Source: Haliotis rufescens (lineage: Eukaryota). Taken from it: a stretch of 64,000 bases of DNA. Made by a program: the position numbers and the translations under genes. Shown here piece after piece: positions 59,734-64,000 of this stretch (positions are counted from its first letter, which is position 1; each line of letters starts with the position of its first letter). Below the pieces are notes generated by a model, which was not told where the DNA came from, searched no databases, and worked only from the letters and a program-made list of their open reading frames with translations. The stretch lies in contig NW_025964290.1 in NCBI RefSeq assembly GCF_023055435.1, forward strand, positions 310,001 to 374,000. Reading direction: 5' to 3'.

Positions 59734-60990
59734 CTACTTGCAGCTGCGCAGTCGGGACTGCGGGACGTTTCTATAGTGATACCAGTTCAAGTTAAATGTT
59801 TCGCCCAGCATCGCTTTACGATGTAACCAACCCTCGAGACAGTCAATAACCAACTGATCCAAGTTTGAATGGAATTTGTTAGCCACGACTTCCGGTCGAC
59901 TGACCAACCAGGGGAGATCTCTATGGCTGAACACACACACGGACCGAACAAACTTGCCCTGACATCGCGCTCTGTCCCACTCCCAGATCACGGCTCGAGA
60001 CAGAACCTGGTTCTGTGTGACATCATGCTTGACAGTGACGTCATATCCCCCAGGAGCCCCGGGCTGGGCATTCAACGTCGCCCACACCAATTCCTCCGGC
60101 GCATAGCTATCCGCTGCCCAGTCTATCAACTCTGCTGCAATGTCGCTCTCGAGAATATAAATAGCAAAAGCGCGGGAAAACATCCCATACATGCTTCCCT
60201 TGTAGAGAGTGATGTTCCGCTTGAAGGCTGGTTTGGTGTCATTAAGTCGAGTCTTTATGGTCCCATTGACGACCGAATACCGTGTTTCAAACCTCCATCG
60301 TAGATCCCTAGGGAACGGATATTGTTCAACATCATTTGTGCCATTCAGTATTTTCAATATTTGCACAATCTCCAGATTGGTCTTAAGAACGAACTCTTGT
60401 CCGGAGAGAAGAATGTAGTACTTCCACTCTATCGTGCTGTTTGCCAACATCTTCATGCACGCAACTGCCGACGTCACTAAGCCATTGCCACCGTAGACCA
60501 CCCCCACTTCCTGCAGGACCACTACGTTGTGGAAACACGTGGCCCACTGAGCCAGGGGGACACTCACAGACCGGCTTGCCTTCCTGTCAACATGGATACA
60601 GTACACGTTGTGAGGTCGGTAGATTGTTCTCATCAGCTGGGCCACCTGATCAGGGGCGGTGTGGACGATGAGGGCAAACGCCAACGGGAACGCCGTCTCC
60701 TCTTCCAACACAGGACGACGGCGGTGATGGGGTTGTACCAAATCGCCACAGCCTCGCTCAACCCTTCTGGAAACACGTGTCGTATGCCAGGGTTGTGAGA
60801 CTGTCGTGTTCACGTGATCTGGGTATCCTCTCATCAGTCGTCCACATCTTCCGTGACCTGTCTGGGGGTGTAGATCCAATGACCCTGTTGCCCTGTAATG
60901 CGGAGGGCGTGTCGTGTGTGTGGAGAGGTATCGGACCACGAAGACTATCCCAGCAGCTGTGAGGAGTCCGGCTAACCTGGACCTGGCCAT
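59734..60990 (-). CDS. Core-2/I-branching beta-1,6-N-acetylglucosaminyltransferase (GT14, GCNT family), 418 aa, single coding exon
   Basis: Acceptor TTCTTGTTGTAG then GCCGCCATGG. TM anchor. Motifs FPLAFALIVH, IYRPHNVYCIHVD, WKYYILLSGQEF.LKTN, YKGSMY, YAPEELVWATLN, CQGKFVRSVCVF, ANKF. Confidence 0.93.
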   Translation of the reverse strand: MARSRLAGLLTAAGIVFVVRYLSTHTTRPPHYRATGSLDLHPQTGHGRCGRLMRGYPDHVNTTVSQPWHTTRVSRRVERGCGDLVQPHHRRRPVLEEETAFPLAFALIVHTAPDQVAQLMRTIYRPHNVYCIHVDRKASRSVSVPLAQWATCFHNVVVLQEVGVVYGGNGLVTSAVACMKMLANSTIEWKYYILLSGQEFVLKTNLEIVQILKILNGTNDVEQYPFPRDLRWRFETRYSVVNGTIKTRLNDTKPAFKRNITLYKGSMYGMFSRAFAIYILESDIAAELIDWAADSYAPEELVWATLNAQPGAPGGYDVTVKHDVTQNQVLSRAVIWEWDRARCQGKFVRSVCVFSHRDLPWLVSRPEVVANKFHSNLDQLVIDCLEGWLHRKAMLGETFNLNWYHYRNVPQSRLRSCK

Positions 60991-61071
60991 GGCGGCTGCA
61001 CGCTACAACAAGAATACGGATATGAGCGAGCGATTAACTTTGGTTTAACGACTGTTCTCACTGTATTTCAG

Positions 61072-64000
61072 GTGTGTCACGGTTTATCACTGTACGTGAC
61101 GGTATGTCTCGGTTTATCACTGTAAGTGACGGTGTGTCTCGGTTTATCACTGTAAGTAACGGTATGTCTCGGTTTATCACGGTAAGTGACAGCATGTGAC
61201 GAATGTCGCGGTTTATCTGTATGTGACGGTATGTCTCGGTATATCTCGGTATGTCACGGTTTATCACTGTAAGTAACGGTATGTCTCGGTTTATCACGGT
61301 AAGTGACAGTATGTGACGAATGTCGAGGTTTATCAGTATGTGACGGTATGTCTCGGTATATCTCGGTATGTCTCGGTATATCTCGGTATGTCTCGGTTTA
61401 TCACTGTAAGTGACGGTATGTGACGAATGTCACGGTTTATCACGGTAAGTGACGGTATGTCTCGGTTTATCACTGTAAGTGACGGTATGTCTCGGTTTAT
61501 CACTGTAAGTGACGGTATGTGACGAATGTCGTGGTTTATCACTGTAAGTGACGGTGTGTCTCGGTTTATCACGGTAAGTGACGGTATGTGACGAATGTCG
61601 CGGTTTATCAGTATGTGACGGTATGTCTCGGTATATCTCGGTATGTCTCGGTATATCTCGGTATGTCACGGTTTATCACTGTAAGTGACGGTATGTGACG
61701 AATGTCACGGTTTATCACTGTAAGTGACGGTATGTCTCGGTTTATCACAGTAAGTGACGGTATGTCTCGGTTTATCACGGTAAGTGACGGTGTGTCTCGG
61801 TTTATCACGGTAAGTGACGGTATGTGACGAATGTCGCGGTTTATCAGTATGTGACGGTATGTCTCGGTATATCTCGGTATGTCTCGTTATATCTCGGTAT
61901 GTCACGGTTTATCACTGTAAGTGACGGTATGTGACGAATGTCGCGGTTTATCACTGTAAGTGACGGTATGTCTCGGTTTATCACTGTAGGTGACGGTATG
62001 TGACGAATGTCGCGGTTTATCAGTATGTGACGGTATGTCTCGGTATATCTCGGTATGTCTCGGTATATCTCGGTATGTCACGGTTTATCACTCTCAGTGA
62101 CGGTATGTCTCGGTTTATCACTGTAAGTGACGGTATGTGACGAATGTCGCGGTTTATCAGTATGTGACGGTATGTCTCGGTATATCTCGGTATGTCTCGG
62201 TATATCTCGGTATGTCTCGGTTTATCACTGTAAGTGACGTTATGTGACGAATGTCACGGTTTATCACTGTAAGTGACGGTATGTCTCGGTTTATCACTGT
62301 AAGTGATGGTGTGTCTCGGTTTATCACGGTAAGTGACAGTATGTGACGAATGTCGCGGTTTATCAGTATGTGACGGTATGTCTCGGTATATCTCGGTATG
62401 TCTCGGTATATCTCGGTATGTGACGGTTTATCACTGTAAGTGACGGTATGTCTCGGTTTATCACGGTAAGTGACGGTATGTGACGAATGTCGAGGTTTAT
62501 CAGTATGTGACGGTATGTCTCGGTATATCTCGGTATGTCTCGGTATATCTTGGTATGTCTCGGTTTATCACTGTAAGTGACGATATGTGACGAATGTCAC
62601 GGTTTATCACTGTAAGTGACGGTATATGACGAATGTCGCGGTTTATCACGGTAAGTGACGGTATGTGACGAATGTCACGGTGAATGTCGCGTGTTATCAG
62701 TATGTGACGGTATGTCTCGGTATATCTCGGTATGTCTCGGTTTATCACTGTAAGTGACGGTATGTGACGAATGTAGCGGTTTATCAGTATGTGACGGTAT
62801 GTCTCGGTATATCTCGGTATGTCTCGGTATATCTCGGTATGTCTCGGTTTATCACTGTAAGTGACGTTATGTGACGAATGTCACGGTTTATCACTGTAAG
62901 TGACGGTATGTCTCGGTTTATCACTGTAAGTGATGGTGTGTCTCGGTTTATCACGGTAAGTGACAGTATGTGACGAATGTCGCGGTTTATCAGTATGTGA
63001 CGGTATGTCTCGGTATATCTCGGTATGTCTCGGTATATCTCGGTATGTGACGGTTTATCACTGTAAGTGACGGTATGTCTCGGTTTATCACGGTAAGTGA
63101 CGGTATGTGACGAATGTCGAGGTTTATCAGTATGTGACGGTATGTCTCGGTATATCTCGGTATGTCTCGGTATATCTCGGTATGTCTCGGTTTATCACTG
63201 TAAGTGACGATATGTGACGAATGTCACGGTTTATCACTGTAAGTGACGGTATATGACGAATGTCGCGGTTTATCACTGTAAGTGACAGTATGTGACGAAT
63301 GTCACGGTGAATGTCGCGTGTTATCAGTATGTGACGGTATGTCTCGGTATATCTCGGTATGTCTCGGTTTATCACTGTAAGTGACGGTATGTCTCGGTTT
63401 ATCACTGTAAGTGACGGTATGTGACGAATGTCGCGGTTTATCAGTATGTGACGGTATGTCTCGGTATATCTCGGTATGTCTCGGTATATCTCGGTATGTC
63501 TCGGTTTATCACTGTAAGTGACGGTATGTGACGAATGTCACGGTTTATCACTGTAAGTGACGGTATGTGACGAATGTCGCGGATTATCACGGTAAGTGAC
63601 GGTATGTGACGAATGTCACGGTTTATCACGGTAAGTGACGGTATGTGACGAATGTCGCGGTTTATCACTATAAGTGACGGTATATGACGAATGTCGCGGT
63701 TTATCACAGTAAGTGACGGTATGTGACGAATGTCGCGGTTTATCACGGTAAGTGACGGTATGTGACGAATGTCCCGGTTTATCAGTATGTGACGGTATGT
63801 CTCGGTATATCTCGGTATGTCTCGGTATATCTCGGTATGTCACGGTTTATCACTGTAAGTAACGGTATGTCTCGGTTTATCACGGTAAGTGACAGTATGT
63901 GACTAAAGTCGCGGTTTATCAGTATGTGACGGTATGTCTCGGTATATCTCGGTATGTCTCGGTATATCTCGGTATGTCACGGTTTATCACTGTAAGTGAC
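61072..64000. repeat. Composite minisatellite (30/40-bp and 10-bp modules), runs off the window
   Basis: CGGTTTATCACTGTAAGTGACGGTATGTCT, GTGACGAATGTCG and CGGTATATCT/CGGTATGTCT modules with higher-order blocks. Confidence 0.96.

Overview
Eukaryotic (metazoan) genomic DNA, most likely a mollusc. A gastropod such as abalone is an inference from the SINE types, (TTAGGG)n repeats and gene style. Roughly half the window is tandem repeat (about 20 arrays, periods 12-79 bp), so most long ORFs in the track are repeat artefacts. Four host genes are supported. (1, 2) Two convergent GT14 core-2/I-branching beta-1,6-GlcNAc-transferases (GCNT family) with single-exon CDSs: 7114-8424 (+) and 59734-60990 (-). 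(3) A TRIM gene (RING, two B-boxes, coiled coil) whose first coding exon (24098-25262) splices in phase across an 11.6 kb intron to a divergent SPRY-like exon (36895-37535). (4) A five-exon gene for a secreted Met/Gly/Pro/Gln-rich repeat protein (52429-57363, ~520 aa). Mobile DNA includes an intact DD34E Tc1, a decayed Tc1, a 5'-truncated LINE, three SINE-like families sharing a 3' tail, hairpin MITEs and Penelope-type hammerhead palindromes. The most unusual items are: a tRNA-less short retroposon whose TSD-flanked copies start at the same motif with a pseudoknot-capable 5' module; a 70-bp array that has multiplied a 3' splice site; a LINE flanked by a kb-scale duplication; and an interstitial telomere/spacer array.
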